DNA of 64,000 nucleotides from Thermoanaerobaculia bacterium (GTDB lineage Bacteria; Acidobacteriota; Thermoanaerobaculia; Gp7-AA8). The stretch spans positions 4,477 to 68,476 of the forward strand of contig DASYJY010000089.1 of assembly GCA_035995985.1 (NCBI GenBank). Direction: 5' to 3'. The position numbers and the translations under genes are program-made. Below the pieces are notes generated by a model, which worked only from the letters and a program-made list of their open reading frames with translations, made no database searches and was not told the origin of the DNA. Shown here piece after piece: positions 47,775 to 57,129 of this stretch; the first letter of the stretch is position 1, and the number at the start of each line of letters is the position of its first letter.

Positions 47775-48374
47775 GTGCTTGATCCAAACGTGCTCGAAAC
47801 GCTTACAAGCGCTCCCCTGACCATGCCCGCCGCGGAGGTAGATCGCGTGCTGCCGCCGCCCGCGCCGGCGCCCGATCCGCAGCCCGAAGAGATCGGCGAG
47901 CTCTACGTTCGTCACCGTCCGCTGCTGCTCCATGTCGGCTGTCGCAAGTTCCGCATCCCGGAACAGGACGCGGAAGGCTTGATCCAGGAAGTCTTCGTCT
48001 CCTTCATGACCACGACCACGAAGGTCGAGAACACGCGCGCCTGGCTGGTGGCTGCGATGTGCAACGCCAGCCGCCACTACTGGCGCGGCCAGGGGCGCAC
48101 GGAACCGCTACCGGACGATTTCGACGATCACACCGATCCGTCATCGACCGGGATCGCTGACAAGCTGGCCATGATTATCACCATGCAGCAGGCCCTCGGC
48201 TACCTCCAGCCGCGCTGCCGCGAGACCCTCTACCTCCACTACTACGAAGGCCGCTCCGCGAACGATGTCGCCGTATCACTCGATACGACGTCGCGCTACG
48301 CGGAGAAGCTTATTCACAACTGTCTGAAACGGGTTCGGGAGATCTACCTCAGCATCACGGCGGTGAAGCGATGA
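47775..48374 (+). CDS. ECF-type sigma-70 family factor with a Pro-rich N-terminal extension
   Basis: 199-aa ORF with a GTG start. Region 2 (EGLIQEVFVSF, WLVAAMCNASRHYWR) and region 4 (CRETLYLHYYEGRSANDVA, YAEKLIHNCLKRV). Confidence 0.8.
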   Translation: MLDPNVLETLTSAPLTMPAAEVDRVLPPPAPAPDPQPEEIGELYVRHRPLLLHVGCRKFRIPEQDAEGLIQEVFVSFMTTTTKVENTRAWLVAAMCNASRHYWRGQGRTEPLPDDFDDHTDPSSTGIADKLAMIITMQQALGYLQPRCRETLYLHYYEGRSANDVAVSLDTTSRYAEKLIHNCLKRVREIYLSITAVKR

Positions 48375-49699
48375 TGATCGAACAGCATTACGACGAAGAA
48401 GTGCTCGCCGGTTTCCTCGCGGAACCGATCGATTCCGCGGCGCGCGACCGTCACCTGGCCGGCTGCTCGCTTTGCAAACAGACACTCAACTCGATCCGCG
48501 ACACCGCCGGCCTGCTCAAGCAGCCAGACGTCTGGAGCCGCGAGTCATTCTCCAGCGCCCCCCGCCCCGAAACGCTGGCCTTCCTCCGCAACGTGCAGCG
48601 AACGATGTCCGACGAAGACGCCGCCGCCGAGGTGTATGTCAAACGGCTTTTGACCGGATCGCGCGACACCTGGGCGGCACGCCTTGCGGAACACCCGGAG
48701 TGGCGCACGGCAGGGGTGGTGAGGAAGCTGATCGCGGCAACGGATCGGGCCATCGATTTGATGCCTGCAGATGCGGTTGAGATCACCCGATTGGCGTCCC
48801 ACGTCGCGGACAATTTGGCTGATTCAGATAGCGCTGCGCAACTACGCGGAAGCGCGTGGTACGAGTTCGGATACGCGCTCCTGTACACAGGCGCGTACGG
48901 TGACGCCCTCGCTGCACTCGCAACTGCGGAATCGCATTTTTTCGCGGTCCGAGTCGCGAACCACGAGCTAGGGCGCCTCTATCTCGTTCGCGCAATGGTT
49001 TACCGAGCACTGGAAAGGAGCGGCGATTCGCTACCGGCAATTGCGGCCGCAGCTGCGATCTTCCGCGAGTATGGCGACAAGGACCGTTCCTATGCGGCGA
49101 AACTTGCGGAAGGTCTTGCGTTGTATAGCAATCGCCGCTTCCGCGAAGCTCTCAGACTGAATCTCGAAATCGCGAATGAAGAAACGATTGCTGCCCGCTG
49201 GCGTGCAGCCGCTCAGCAGAATGCTGCGACGTGCTACCGCGAACTCGGCGAATTTGATGCGGCAACCGAACACTTCGTCAAGGCCATTAGCGCGTTCGAA
49301 TCCGCGGGGATGATGTCCTTCCGCGCCAAAGCGAGGTGGACGCTTGCACGCATCTTCGTCGCTCGAACCCAGTACGAGCCAGCGCTGCGCATGCTCAGCG
49401 AGCTTCGCGGAGAATTCGGCGAACTTGGGATGGCCAATGACGTGGCCATGGTGTCGCTCGACATCGCCGAAGTCCTGATTGCGACCGAACGGCACAGCGA
49501 GATAGCCGCCGCTTGCAGACCGGCAATGGCCTACTTCGAAAACGCGCAGCTCACCGCGTCGGAAGCCGCCCGGACTGCGGTGACGTACTTGTGCGAAGCA
49601 GCCTTGGCAGGTAACGCGACCAGCGCACTCGTTTCGGATTTGCGGATGGCGTTTGACGCCCAACCGAAGCGTCCTGAGTTGATTCAGGCGTACTGCTGA
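48371..49699 (+). CDS. Soluble TPR-rich anti-sigma-like protein
   Basis: 442-aa ORF with an ATGA overlap with the sigma gene. N-terminal H..C..C motif (DRHLAGCSLCKQ, zf-HC2-like), no TM helix found by eye, and long TPR-like helical repeats. Confidence 0.6.
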   Translation: MMIEQHYDEEVLAGFLAEPIDSAARDRHLAGCSLCKQTLNSIRDTAGLLKQPDVWSRESFSSAPRPETLAFLRNVQRTMSDEDAAAEVYVKRLLTGSRDTWAARLAEHPEWRTAGVVRKLIAATDRAIDLMPADAVEITRLASHVADNLADSDSAAQLRGSAWYEFGYALLYTGAYGDALAALATAESHFFAVRVANHELGRLYLVRAMVYRALERSGDSLPAIAAAAAIFREYGDKDRSYAAKLAEGLALYSNRRFREALRLNLEIANEETIAARWRAAAQQNAATCYRELGEFDAATEHFVKAISAFESAGMMSFRAKARWTLARIFVARTQYEPALRMLSELRGEFGELGMANDVAMVSLDIAEVLIATERHSEIAAACRPAMAYFENAQLTASEAARTAVTYLCEAALAGNATSALVSDLRMAFDAQPKRPELIQAYC

Positions 49700-49803
49700 G
49701 TAGCAATCTTGACAATCATGGGTAGGGAAAAGTTGGCGCCAGACACTCCTAGGTAAGGGCGCCCTCCAAACAAACGAGTTCATCCGAACTCGACGGAGGG
49801 TGT

Positions 49804-49998
49804 ATGTCTACAAGATCGAAAACTAGAGTTGCTGCGTTCGTACTTCTCGTCGCGCTGAGCAGTGGCATTGCATCCGCCGCTCCGAAGCGTCAAGACCCGC
49901 AGGGCGGTTTCTTCAGCAGGATCGGTCAGATCGTCGACCAGATTCGTAAGATCCTGCACCCGGTACCGTTCGACGATCCATCCTTCCCCAAACCCTGA
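49804..49998 (+). CDS. Small secreted peptide precursor (hypothetical)
   Basis: 64-aa ORF with GGAGGG 4 nt upstream of the ATG. Sec-type signal peptide ending ASA|AP. The 39-aa mature part has an amphipathic helix, FFSRIGQIVDQIRKIL. Confidence 0.45.
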   Translation: MSTRSKTRVAAFVLLVALSSGIASAAPKRQDPQGGFFSRIGQIVDQIRKILHPVPFDDPSFPKP

Positions 49999-50037
49999 CC
50001 CCCTCCCGCTTACAATACGGCCGGCTGATCGGGGAGC

Positions 50038-50961
50038 TTGCGCATGTCGGTTGTGTTGGCGGTTCGGGATGTGGTGAAGACGTTTGGGGCTGTGCGAGCG
50101 GTGGACGGAGTCTCGTTCACCGTCCAGCGCGGCACGATTACGGGGTTGCTCGGCCGGAACGGCGCGGGAAAGACGACGACCATCCGGATGATTACCGGCG
50201 TCTTCTTTCCTGACGCCGGCTCGATCGAGTGGCTCGGCAGTGATCGTGACGCGCGCGACCGCATCGGCTATCTGCCGGAAGAGCGCGGGCTCTACCGGCA
50301 GATGAAGGTCAAAGAGCATCTGTTGTTTCTTGCCGAGATCAAAGGCAAGCGCGGCAGCTCCGTCGCCTCCGCTGCCGAGCGCTGGCTCAAACGATTCGAG
50401 CTTTGGGACAAGCGTGACGCCAAGGTCGAGGAGTTGTCGAAGGGCAACCAGCAGAAGGTCCAGCTCATCGGAACCTTACTGCACGATCCGGAGCTCATCA
50501 TTCTCGATGAGCCGCAGTCAGGACTTGATCCCGTCAACATGCTCCTCGTTCGCAACCTTCTGCGCGAGTTGAAGGAAGAAGGTCGGACCATCCTGCTCTC
50601 CACGCACATGATGGCCGAGGCGGAGAGGATGGCCGACGAGATCATTTTGGTGCACAAAGGGAAGGTCGTTCTCGCCGGCGCGCTCGATGCCGTTCGCGAC
50701 TCCTTCGGTAAGAACACGTTGCACATCGACTACGAAGGCGACGGCGGATTTCTCGAACAGCTTCCCCAGGTCAAGCGGGCCACGATCGTTCCAAACGGTG
50801 CCGAGATCAGTCTCGCGGACGGAGCCGATCCGCAGCTGATCCTCGAGGCCACCATCGGCAAATTGCGCATCCGGAGGTTCGAGCTGGCGGCGCCGTCGCT
50901 CGAAGAGATCTTCATCGAGCAAGTCGGCGCCGAGACCATGACCATGGAGGCCAATCGATGA
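50038..50961 (+). CDS. ABC transporter ATP-binding protein (NatA-like)
   Basis: 307-aa ORF with Walker A GRNGAGKTT, signature LSKGNQQKV and Walker B LIILDEP. The start may be the ATG at 50044. Confidence 0.92.
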   Translation: MRMSVVLAVRDVVKTFGAVRAVDGVSFTVQRGTITGLLGRNGAGKTTTIRMITGVFFPDAGSIEWLGSDRDARDRIGYLPEERGLYRQMKVKEHLLFLAEIKGKRGSSVASAAERWLKRFELWDKRDAKVEELSKGNQQKVQLIGTLLHDPELIILDEPQSGLDPVNMLLVRNLLRELKEEGRTILLSTHMMAEAERMADEIILVHKGKVVLAGALDAVRDSFGKNTLHIDYEGDGGFLEQLPQVKRATIVPNGAEISLADGADPQLILEATIGKLRIRRFELAAPSLEEIFIEQVGAETMTMEANR

Positions 50962-52280
50962 ACAAGATGTTCGCAGTCATCAAGCGCGAATACCTGCAGG
51001 CCGTGCGAAAAAAGATGTTCATCTTCATGACGATCTTCTTCCCGGTTCTCATGGCCGCGCTGTTCGTTCTGCCGGGACTTCTCATGGCGCGTGGTCTGGG
51101 AGGAAAAAAAGTCGCCGTGGTCGACGGTACAGGCGCGCTGCGCAGCTCATTCACGCGGCACATCGAACCGGAAGCGCCCGATCCGAAGAAGGCGCTTTCC
51201 GGCAAGAGCCGGGGAGAGTTGCCGCAGTCGATTGACATCGAATATGCCGATGCCCACCTCCAGACTCCTTCGGACGGGGTGAAGCCATATCTCGACCGCC
51301 TCAATGTTCCTAAGGAAGCGGGGAATCGGCTCGACGCCGTCCTGACGATTCCGGCGAATGCGTTCGAAGGCAACGACGCGAAGATGACCTACTACAGCCG
51401 CTCGTCGGCGGATGTAATCTCGCAGGACAGGCTCGCGTCGATTGCGAACCGGGCCATTCAGAAGCAGCGCCTGGCGGCGCGTGGGATTGCTGCGGAGGCA
51501 GTTGATACCTTGACTCGCGAAGTTCCAACGGAGGGCGTGCAGCTCTCGAAGAGCGGCGAGCAGAAGACAGGCAGCGAATTCAACTTCATCATTGGAATGA
51601 TTTTCGCCGGCCTCCTGATCATCCCCTCGTTCATCTACGGACTGGAAACGATGCGCGGAATCGTCCAGGAGAAGAGCGAGCGCATCGTGGAAGTGCTCAT
51701 CTCCTCGATGTCTCCGCGAGAGCTGCTGACCGGCAAGATTCTCGGTGTGGCCGCAGTCGGCCTGACCCAGATTACAGCCTGGCTGACCATCATCGCCGCC
51801 GGCGGAGCCTTCGCCGCTGCGAGCGCCAAAGTCGCCGGCTTCAATGTTTCGCAGTTTCTCCGGCCCATGGTCTTCATTTACTTCGCGCTCTTCTTCATCC
51901 TCGGCTATCTGACCTTTGTCTGTATCTACGCCATCGCCGGAGCGGCGTGCAACACGGATAAGGAAGCGCAGCAACTCGTCGCTCCCGTCCAGATGATCAT
52001 GATGGTGCCGTGGTTTGTGATGTTTCCGATCATCACCAATCCCGATTCCACAATGGCCGTGACGCTTTCGATGATGCCGGTCTACGGACCGCTGACGATG
52101 TTCGCCCGGACACTCGTCTCGGAGCCGCCGGTCTGGCACGTGTTGCTCTCGATCGCTGTCTCCATCGTCACCATCGCTGTCTTCTTCTACGTCACCGCGA
52201 AGATCTTTCGCGTCGGCATCCTCTCGTACGGAAAGCGGCCGACCATTCCCGAACTGTGGCGCTGGCTCAAAGTGGCCTGA
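50958..52280 (+). CDS. ABC-2 type exporter permease (NatB-like)
   Basis: 440-aa ORF with an ATGA overlap with the ATPase gene. One N-terminal TM helix, a large extracytoplasmic loop, then five C-terminal TM helices. Confidence 0.82.
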   Translation: MNKMFAVIKREYLQAVRKKMFIFMTIFFPVLMAALFVLPGLLMARGLGGKKVAVVDGTGALRSSFTRHIEPEAPDPKKALSGKSRGELPQSIDIEYADAHLQTPSDGVKPYLDRLNVPKEAGNRLDAVLTIPANAFEGNDAKMTYYSRSSADVISQDRLASIANRAIQKQRLAARGIAAEAVDTLTREVPTEGVQLSKSGEQKTGSEFNFIIGMIFAGLLIIPSFIYGLETMRGIVQEKSERIVEVLISSMSPRELLTGKILGVAAVGLTQITAWLTIIAAGGAFAAASAKVAGFNVSQFLRPMVFIYFALFFILGYLTFVCIYAIAGAACNTDKEAQQLVAPVQMIMMVPWFVMFPIITNPDSTMAVTLSMMPVYGPLTMFARTLVSEPPVWHVLLSIAVSIVTIAVFFYVTAKIFRVGILSYGKRPTIPELWRWLKVA

Positions 52281-52331
52281 CGCATCAAGTATGATCCGCG
52301 CCTAATCCACACAACACAGGGGGCTGCGCGG

Positions 52332-54155
52332 ATGGAGATCAAGACTCTCAACGACATCTACACCGTCACCTGCTCGCTGGATCGTCCGGCGGCGCTCAAA
52401 TACAAACGGGATGGAAAGTGGGTCGACACCAGCGTCGACGAATTCCGCGACACCGTCCGCTACCTCGCCACCGGTTTACGCCTCCTCGGACTCAAAGCCG
52501 GCGACCGCGTAGCCATCCTTTCCGAAAACCGGCCGGAGTGGGCGATGGCCGACTTCGCCATCCTCGCCAGCGCCGCCGTCACCGTTCCTGTCTACCCGAC
52601 GCTTCTCGGCTGGCAGATCGAGTACATCCTGAATGATTCAAGTTCCGTCGCAGTGATCTGCTCGAACGAAGAGCAGATGAAGAAGGTTGCCGGCATCCGC
52701 GATCACTGCCCGCACATTCACAACGTCATCGTCTGCGATCCGCCGCCGAAACTGCCGGCAGGCGCTCGCAGTTTTGCCGATGTCGTCGATAGCGGACGGA
52801 AGGCCGATGACGCCGCCGCGCAGACCTGGTTCGACGACACGCGCGCCCGGCCGAAGCCCGATGATCTGGCCACGCTCGTCTACACCTCGGGAACGACCGG
52901 GAATCCGAAGGGCGCGATGCTCACGCATGGCAACATCACCAGCAACGTTCTCGCGACAGCGAATGTGCTTCCGATTGGCAAAGGGATGGTCGGCCTCTCC
53001 ATCCTGCCGCTTTCACACATCCTCGAGCGGATGGGCGACTACACCTACTTCTACCGCGGCTGCACCATCGCGTACGCCGAGAGCGTCGTGAAAGTCAGCG
53101 ACAACCTGCGCGAGATCAGGCCGGAGCTCTTCGCCGCCGTGCCGCGGCTGTTCGAGAAGATGCGCACCGCAATCCTCGACAACGTCGCCGTGCAGCCGGC
53201 GTCGAAGCAGAAGATCTTCAAATGGGCGCTCGGCATCGCCGAACAACGGCTGCCGTATCGCGTCTCGCGCAAATCGATGCCGTTCGGTTTGAGCATGAAA
53301 TCGTTCATTGCCGACAAACTCGTCTTCAGCAAAATCCTGGCGCGGCTCGGCGGACGCGTGAAGATGGTCCTCTCCGGCGGCGCGCCCCTCTCCGCCGAGC
53401 TGGCCGCATTCTTCATCGGCGCGGGGCTCGACATCTACGAAGGCTACGGCCTCACCGAGACCTCGCCGGTCATCGCCGTCAACACGCCCGAGTGGCGCCG
53501 CGTCGGAACGGTCGGCCGGATCATCCCCGGTGTCGAAGTGCGGATTGCCGAAGATGGCGAGATTTTGAGCAGAGGCCCGCACATTATGAAGGGGTATTGG
53601 AACAACGATGACGCCACGAAGCAGGCCATCGACGACGACGGCTGGTTCCACACCGGGGACATCGGCGAGATCGACAAGGACGGCTTCCTCAAGATCACCG
53701 ACCGCAAGAAAGACATCATCATCAACGCCTACGGCAAGAACATCGCCCCGCAGCCGCTGGAAGCACTCCTGAAAAGCTCGCCGTACATCGGCACGCCGGT
53801 GCTCATCGGCGATCGCCGCAAGTACCTGGTGGCGCTGCTCGTCCCGAATTTCGACAAGCTCGAGCGCGATGCCTCGGCCATGGGCGTGCAGTTTGCGAAT
53901 CGCGACGAATTGATCGGCAACGAGAAAGTCCGGCAGATTTACCAGACCGAGATCGACCGCTTCAACACGAACCTCGACCGGCAGGAAAAGATCCGCCGTT
54001 TCGCCCTTTTGCCGCGCGATTTCAGTATCGACGAGGACGAGATCACCCCGTCGCTCAAGGTGAAGCGGAAGATGATCGACAAGAAATACAAAGAGAGCAT
54101 CGACCTCATGTACATCGACGAAGACGCCGATGAGCGCGAAGGAAAACGGGCCTGA
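52332..54155 (+). CDS. fadD: Long-chain fatty acid--CoA ligase (AMP-dependent synthetase)
   Basis: 607-aa ORF with the AMP-binding motif YTSGTTGNPKGAM, GYGLTETS, GWFHTGDIG and ITDRKKDII. Confidence 0.9.
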   Translation: MEIKTLNDIYTVTCSLDRPAALKYKRDGKWVDTSVDEFRDTVRYLATGLRLLGLKAGDRVAILSENRPEWAMADFAILASAAVTVPVYPTLLGWQIEYILNDSSSVAVICSNEEQMKKVAGIRDHCPHIHNVIVCDPPPKLPAGARSFADVVDSGRKADDAAAQTWFDDTRARPKPDDLATLVYTSGTTGNPKGAMLTHGNITSNVLATANVLPIGKGMVGLSILPLSHILERMGDYTYFYRGCTIAYAESVVKVSDNLREIRPELFAAVPRLFEKMRTAILDNVAVQPASKQKIFKWALGIAEQRLPYRVSRKSMPFGLSMKSFIADKLVFSKILARLGGRVKMVLSGGAPLSAELAAFFIGAGLDIYEGYGLTETSPVIAVNTPEWRRVGTVGRIIPGVEVRIAEDGEILSRGPHIMKGYWNNDDATKQAIDDDGWFHTGDIGEIDKDGFLKITDRKKDIIINAYGKNIAPQPLEALLKSSPYIGTPVLIGDRRKYLVALLVPNFDKLERDASAMGVQFANRDELIGNEKVRQIYQTEIDRFNTNLDRQEKIRRFALLPRDFSIDEDEITPSLKVKRKMIDKKYKESIDLMYIDEDADEREGKRA

Positions 54156-54158
54156 TCA

Positions 54159-56294
54159 ATGACCAGCGTGGCGGAAACTCCATCCCGAATCGGCTCCGCG
54201 TTCCGCATCGAACGCGACGAAGATCTCGCCATCGTCTGGTTCGATCTCCCCGGCGAGAAGGTCAATAAATTCTCGACCGCGGTGATGTCCGAGTTCGCCG
54301 CCGTCGTCGACGAGCTCGAAAACGATCGCGATATCAAGCGCGTCATCGTCGCCTCCGGCAAGCCAGCCATCTTCATCGCCGGCGCTGACGTCACCGAGTT
54401 TTCGAAAGCGACGTCGGCGGACCAGGCCGCTGAGTACACCCGCTTCGGCCAGCAAACTATTCACCGCTTCTCAAAACTGCCGCAGGTGACTGTCGCCGCG
54501 ATCAACGGCGCCGCGCTCGGCGGCGGATGCGAGCTGGCCATCACCTGCGACTACCGCGTCATGTCCGACAGCCCGCGTGCGCAGATCGGATTGCCGGAAA
54601 CGAAGCTCGGCATCTTCCCCGCGTGGGGCGGCACCACCAGATTGCCGCGCCTGATCGGACTCCCCGCCGCGCTCGACATCATCCTCAACGGCAAGACCCT
54701 GGACGGAAAACGCGCCAAGCGGATGGGGCTCGTCGACGAAGTTGTTCCCGCCGCGATCCTGCTCGACATCGCCAAAGAATTCTCGACGAAACCCAAGCGC
54801 CGCGTCGGCGGGCGCACGAAGTTCTATGTCGAAGGCAATCCGATCGCGCGCCGCGTAATCTTCAGCAAAGCGCGCAAAGCGGTCATGGCGCAAACGCACG
54901 GCCACTATCCCGCGCCGCTGGCGGCCATCGACGTCATGGAGTACGGCATGTCCGCCGGCGTCGAGCGCGGCCTCGCGCGCGAAGTCGAAGCCGTCGTGCC
55001 GCTCATCGTGGGACCGCAGGCCGAAGTCGCGCAGAATCTCATCCGGCTTTTCTTCATGATGGAAGAGTCGAAGAAAGAGCGGATCGCCGCGACTCCGGTC
55101 GAAGTGCGCGACGCCGGCGCGCTCGGCGCAGGCATCATGGGCGGCGGCATCGCCCAGCTCATCGCCGACAAGACCGACGCCTCGGTTCGCATGCGCGACA
55201 TCAACTGGAAAGCGATCGCCGGCGGCATGAAAGCGGCCGCGAAAATCTGGAAGAAGAAAGTCGAGCGCCGCCGCATGACCCGAGGGGAGATGCAGCGGAA
55301 ACTGGCGCGCATCACCTCCACGACGGACTGGACCGGCTTCGAGCGCTGCCAGGTGGTCGTCGAAGCCGTCGTCGAAAACGTCGACGTCAAGCGCCAGGTG
55401 CTCAGCGAATTCGAAGCGATCGCTGGACCGAACGCGATCTTCGCCACGAACACTTCGACGATTCCCATCACCGACATTGCCGCGCAGGCCAAACGTCCCG
55501 AGAACGTCGCCGGCATGCACTTCTTCAATCCCGTCGACCGCATGCCGCTCGTCGAAGTCATCCGAGGCGCGAGGACGTCCGACGTAGCGATGGTCACCGT
55601 CGCCAACTTCGCCCGGAAGCTCGGCAAGACCGTCGTCTACTGCAACGACGGGCCCGGCTTCGTCGTCAACCGAATCCTCGGGCCGTACATGAACGAGTCG
55701 GGCTTCCTGCTCGAAGAAGGCAATTCGATTGAATCGCTCGACAAAGCGATGATCGATTTCGGGATGCCGATGGGACCGATGGCGCTCCTCGACGAAGTCG
55801 GCATCGACGTCGCCGCGAAAGTGGCCAAGATCCTCGGCGGCGCGTTCGGCGACCGCATGGAACCGTCGCACGTCGTTGAGACGCTTTACGCCGACGGCCG
55901 CTACGGCAAGAAAAACGGCAAGGGCCTGTACGTCTACGAAGGTGGTAAGCGCCAGGGTCCCGATCCCTCGGTCTACAAACTGCTGAACATCCGTTCAACG
56001 CATCCCGCTGACCCCACCGCAGTCGTCGAGCGGATGATTTTCGCGATGGTCAATGAAGCGGCCATGATCCTCGACGAAAAAATCGTGGCCTCGCCCGCGG
56101 AGCTCGATCTGGCCATGATCATGGGCACCGGCTTCCCACCATTCCGCGGAGGCCTGCTGCGCTACGCCGACAAACTCGGTCTGCCATACATCCTGGCGCG
56201 GCTCGACGATCTGTTCCAGAAGCACGGCAAACGCTTCCTCGCCACCGCCGCGCTGCGCAAACTCGCCGAACGTGACGGGAAGTTCTATCGATGA
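54159..56294 (+). CDS. Fatty-acid oxidation multifunctional protein: enoyl-CoA hydratase / 3-hydroxyacyl-CoA dehydrogenase (FadB/FadJ type)
   Basis: 711-aa ORF. N-terminal crotonase fold (FIAGADV, GGGCELA, LPETKLGIFP). Central Rossmann motif GAGIMGGGIAQ. 3HCDH C-terminal repeats. Confidence 0.9.
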   Translation: MTSVAETPSRIGSAFRIERDEDLAIVWFDLPGEKVNKFSTAVMSEFAAVVDELENDRDIKRVIVASGKPAIFIAGADVTEFSKATSADQAAEYTRFGQQTIHRFSKLPQVTVAAINGAALGGGCELAITCDYRVMSDSPRAQIGLPETKLGIFPAWGGTTRLPRLIGLPAALDIILNGKTLDGKRAKRMGLVDEVVPAAILLDIAKEFSTKPKRRVGGRTKFYVEGNPIARRVIFSKARKAVMAQTHGHYPAPLAAIDVMEYGMSAGVERGLAREVEAVVPLIVGPQAEVAQNLIRLFFMMEESKKERIAATPVEVRDAGALGAGIMGGGIAQLIADKTDASVRMRDINWKAIAGGMKAAAKIWKKKVERRRMTRGEMQRKLARITSTTDWTGFERCQVVVEAVVENVDVKRQVLSEFEAIAGPNAIFATNTSTIPITDIAAQAKRPENVAGMHFFNPVDRMPLVEVIRGARTSDVAMVTVANFARKLGKTVVYCNDGPGFVVNRILGPYMNESGFLLEEGNSIESLDKAMIDFGMPMGPMALLDEVGIDVAAKVAKILGGAFGDRMEPSHVVETLYADGRYGKKNGKGLYVYEGGKRQGPDPSVYKLLNIRSTHPADPTAVVERMIFAMVNEAAMILDEKIVASPAELDLAMIMGTGFPPFRGGLLRYADKLGLPYILARLDDLFQKHGKRFLATAALRKLAERDGKFYR

Positions 56295-56340
56295 CTCGAC
56301 ACGTTGAACGTGAGAATTAGGCCTTCCAGGGAAGGTATCC

Positions 56341-57129
56341 ATGCTCGCGTTCGAGGCAGAAGTCGCACAGATTTATGACGACATCAGCGCGAATTATGGC
56401 GAAACGATCGACCAATTCCAAAGTCTGCCCGCCGCCAATCAGTATCGAAAGCTCTATGAATTAGCGGAAACCTACGTCGCGCCCGGCTCGGCCGTGCTCG
56501 ACTGGGGTTGCGGACGCGGTCATTTCTCGTACTACCTGCTCAAACGAGGTTACCGGGTTACGGCGTACTCCCTGGAAGACCCTCCGCACGTCTTCACGAC
56601 GTTGACTGCAGAAGAACGCAGCCGGCTCACAGTCATCCGCGGCGACGCTCCGGTTCTTCTACCCTTTCCTGCGAATTCGTTTGACGCGGCTTTCAGCGTC
56701 GGTGTTCTTGAGCATGTTCGAGAAGTCGGCGGCACAGAGTCGGAGAGTTTGAAGGAGCTGCGAAGGGTATTGTCGTCCGCGGGAACAGTGATCGCGTATC
56801 ACATCCCGAACCGGCTCAGTTACATTGAGGCTCTGGCGCGCATTACGTATGGCCGCCGGTATCGCCATGTGACGGAGAGCGTCAAATTTCACAAATACCG
56901 TTTCGGCGCCTCCGACCTCACCGCTCTTGTGGAAGGCGCCGGGTTTCGAATGGCCGAATTCGGGCGCTACGGTTTTCTGCCTCGCAATTCATTCAATCGA
57001 CTGCCGGCCGCTCTGCGTTCCCGCCGGCGGCTGACTTCGGCCGTCAATATTGCCGATCATTTTCTGGAGCGTCTCTTCGCACCTGTAGTTCAGAACTTCT
57101 ATTTCGTTGCTCGGGCGAAGGAAGCGTGA
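56341..57129 (+). CDS. Class I SAM-dependent methyltransferase
   Basis: 262-aa ORF with motif I VLDWGCGRGH and post-I/II motifs (FDAAFSVGVLEHV). Confidence 0.85.
   Translation: MLAFEAEVAQIYDDISANYGETIDQFQSLPAANQYRKLYELAETYVAPGSAVLDWGCGRGHFSYYLLKRGYRVTAYSLEDPPHVFTTLTAEERSRLTVIRGDAPVLLPFPANSFDAAFSVGVLEHVREVGGTESESLKELRRVLSSAGTVIAYHIPNRLSYIEALARITYGRRYRHVTESVKFHKYRFGASDLTALVEGAGFRMAEFGRYGFLPRNSFNRLPAALRSRRRLTSAVNIADHFLERLFAPVVQNFYFVARAKEA

Noticed and set aside
49709-49737. Consensus TTGACA -35 hexamer upstream of the small peptide ORF
   Set aside because: No acceptable -10 hexamer lies 16-19 nt downstream (GTTGGC/TTGGCG), so I cannot support a promoter call from sequence alone.
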